From Octopus sinensis (lineage: Eukaryota): a stretch of 64,000 nt of DNA. The notes beneath the pieces are model-generated. The model searched no databases. It had not been told where the DNA came from and saw only the letters and a list, made by a program, of their open reading frames with translations. The position numbers and the translations under genes were made by a program. Below are positions 62,388 through 64,000 of this stretch, piece after piece (position 1 is the first letter of the stretch; every line of letters starts with the position of its first letter). The DNA is taken from assembly GCF_006345805.1 (NCBI RefSeq), contig NC_043005.1, positions 4,464,001 to 4,528,000 on the forward strand, written 5' to 3'.

Positions 62388-62942
62388 CATACATATATAT
62401 ATTTATTATATATATACATACATATATATTTATATATACATACATATATATTTATATATATATATACATATAAATATTTATATATATATATACTATATAT
62501 ATTTATATATATATACATATATATTTATATATATATATACATACATATATTTATATATATATATTACATATATATATATATATACATACTATATATATAT
62601 ATATACATACATATTATATATATACATACATATATATATATATATATACATACATATATATTTTTATATATATATATATACATATATATTTATATATATA
62701 TATATACATACATATATATTTATATATATATATATACATACATATATATATATATTTATATATATATATATACATACATATATATATTTATATATATATA
62801 TATACATACATATATATATTTATATATACATACATACATATATATATTTATATATACATACATACATATATATATATATTTATTATATATATATATATAT
62901 ACATACATATATATATATATATTTATATATAATATATATATA
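62263..62942. repeat. 680-bp compound (TA)n / (TACA)n microsatellite in the TIMM29 intron
   Basis: Direct reading; explains the YI-repeat ORFs in the track. Confidence 0.97.
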
Positions 62943-63100
62943 CTACTGATTGAAAAAATATCAGACAGCTTAAAATACTAGAATATTGCAGTAAATAACT
63001 AATAATAATAATAATCTATCTCCTTCCTTTTTATTCAAATTTCAATTCTCAAAAAACAAAAAACACAAATGTATTTAGTCTTTGTCCATAACAAAAATCT

Positions 63101-63410
63101 AAATCGCATCACATAACGACAATACGGCACAACTATTTCACCTCAATTGGACCAGCTCTCTTCAACATTACACCAGGACACGTCAAAAAAGAAACTGACC
63201 ACACAAAATTCAAGAAGTCTTTGGACAAATTCCTTCAAACAGTACCGGACAAACCACCCACACCCGGATATGACTCCGCAAACAATAACTCTCTGCTCGA
63301 ATGGGCCTTGGTGCCCAAATCCTGAACTGAAAGACTTCGCCAGGTGGTGCCATTAAGTTAGACATGGCCTGGGCCAATACTGGCCAAAACCTTTCTAAGT
63401 TATTCTAAGT
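63101..63410 (+). mobile_element. CR1/L2-type LINE C-terminal fragment with short tandem 3' tail
   Basis: ...NYFTSIGPALFNITPGHVKKETDHTKFKKSLDKFLQTVPDKPPTPGYDSANNNSLLEW...stop at 63325, resembling the GPxLFN...FKxxLDxFL..VPDxP..PGY motif; tail (TTCTAAGTTA)2. Confidence 0.7.
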
Positions 63411-63419
63411 TATATATAT

Positions 63420-64000
63420 ATCATCATCATCATCGTTTAACGTCCGCTTTCCATGCTAGCATGGGTTGGACGGTTCAACTGGGGTCTGGCAAGCCCGAAG
63501 GCTGCACCAGGCCAGTCAGATCTGGCAGTGTTTCTACAGCTGGATGCCCTTCCTAACGCCAACCACTCCGAGAGTGTAGTGGGTGATTTTATGTGCCACC
63601 GACACAGGTGCCAGACGAGGCTGGCTGACGGCCACGCTCGGATGGTGTTTTCTTATGTGTCACCGACACAGGTGCCAGACGGGGCTGGCGGACGGCCACG
63701 CTCGGATGGTGTTTGTTATGTGCCCTCAGCACGGAGGCCAGTCGTTGCGGTACTGGCTACGATCACGTTCGGATGGTTTTCTTATGTGCCACCGGCACTG
63801 GTACCACAAGGATACAAATTCCATTGATGTTCATCTATTTTGATTTGGTTCGATTTGATTTGATTTGATTTGATTCGATTCTCACTTGCCTCAACAGGTC
63901 TTCACAAGTGTCACAAGAAGGAAGGTATGCACAGGTGGACTGACTACGTCCCAGGTAGGGGCCACGGATTATGGCTTCACTAGTCTTGCCGGGTCTTCTC
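63420..64000 (-). mobile_element. RTE LINE 3' end, near-identical to the 54666 copy, running off the window
   Basis: Colinear and almost identical to 54680-55430 apart from VNTR copy number; different flank. Confidence 0.93.

Noticed and set aside
62100-62981. Long YI/IY-repeat ORFs on both strands (up to 254 aa)
   Set aside because: Translation artefacts of a stop-free (TA)n microsatellite.
61330-64000. First coding exon of TIMM29
   Set aside because: No minus-strand open frame with a phase-1 donor was found; the region is repeats, so the exon probably lies beyond the window.

Overview
Eukaryotic, AT-rich, microsatellite-dense genomic DNA; the repeat landscape suggests a cephalopod (probably Octopus), which is an inference. 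The + strand carries the 3' part of the spectraplakin gene (MACF1/dystonin/short stop orthologue). I reconstructed 18 GT-AG exons from 1 to 44226 with consistent splice phases, totalling 3036 nt (1011 aa plus stop). They encode spectrin repeats, two EF-hands, a GAR/GAS2 domain and a Ser/Arg-rich tail ending in SKIP. The probable 3' UTR runs to about 46590. The - strand carries the large last exon of TIMM29 (61321-60813), convergent with MACF1. Introns and the intergenic space hold an RTE-type LINE family (one near-intact RT copy with a PHD finger), several tRNA-derived SINE families, piggyBac and hAT MITEs, a deleted piggyBac, a maT/DD37D remnant, stacked Helitron ends, and Hero-like and CR1-like LINE remnants. 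Most interesting observations: (1) a 220-bp tRNA-headed SINE with a Penelope-type hammerhead ribozyme tail, in two copies each with a 9-bp TSD; (2) a kinesin-6 (KIF20-like) fragment fused directly to the 5' end of an RTE LINE; (3) RTE insertions repeatedly sitting in (TA)n tracts, some with fold-back or captured sequence at the 5' junction; (4) a set of candidate phase-1 microexons/cassette exons, or a recursive splice site, in the 21.7-kb intron right after the GAR domain; (5) a 209-bp near-perfect inverted duplication downstream of TIMM29. All coordinates were read by hand and no database search was run.
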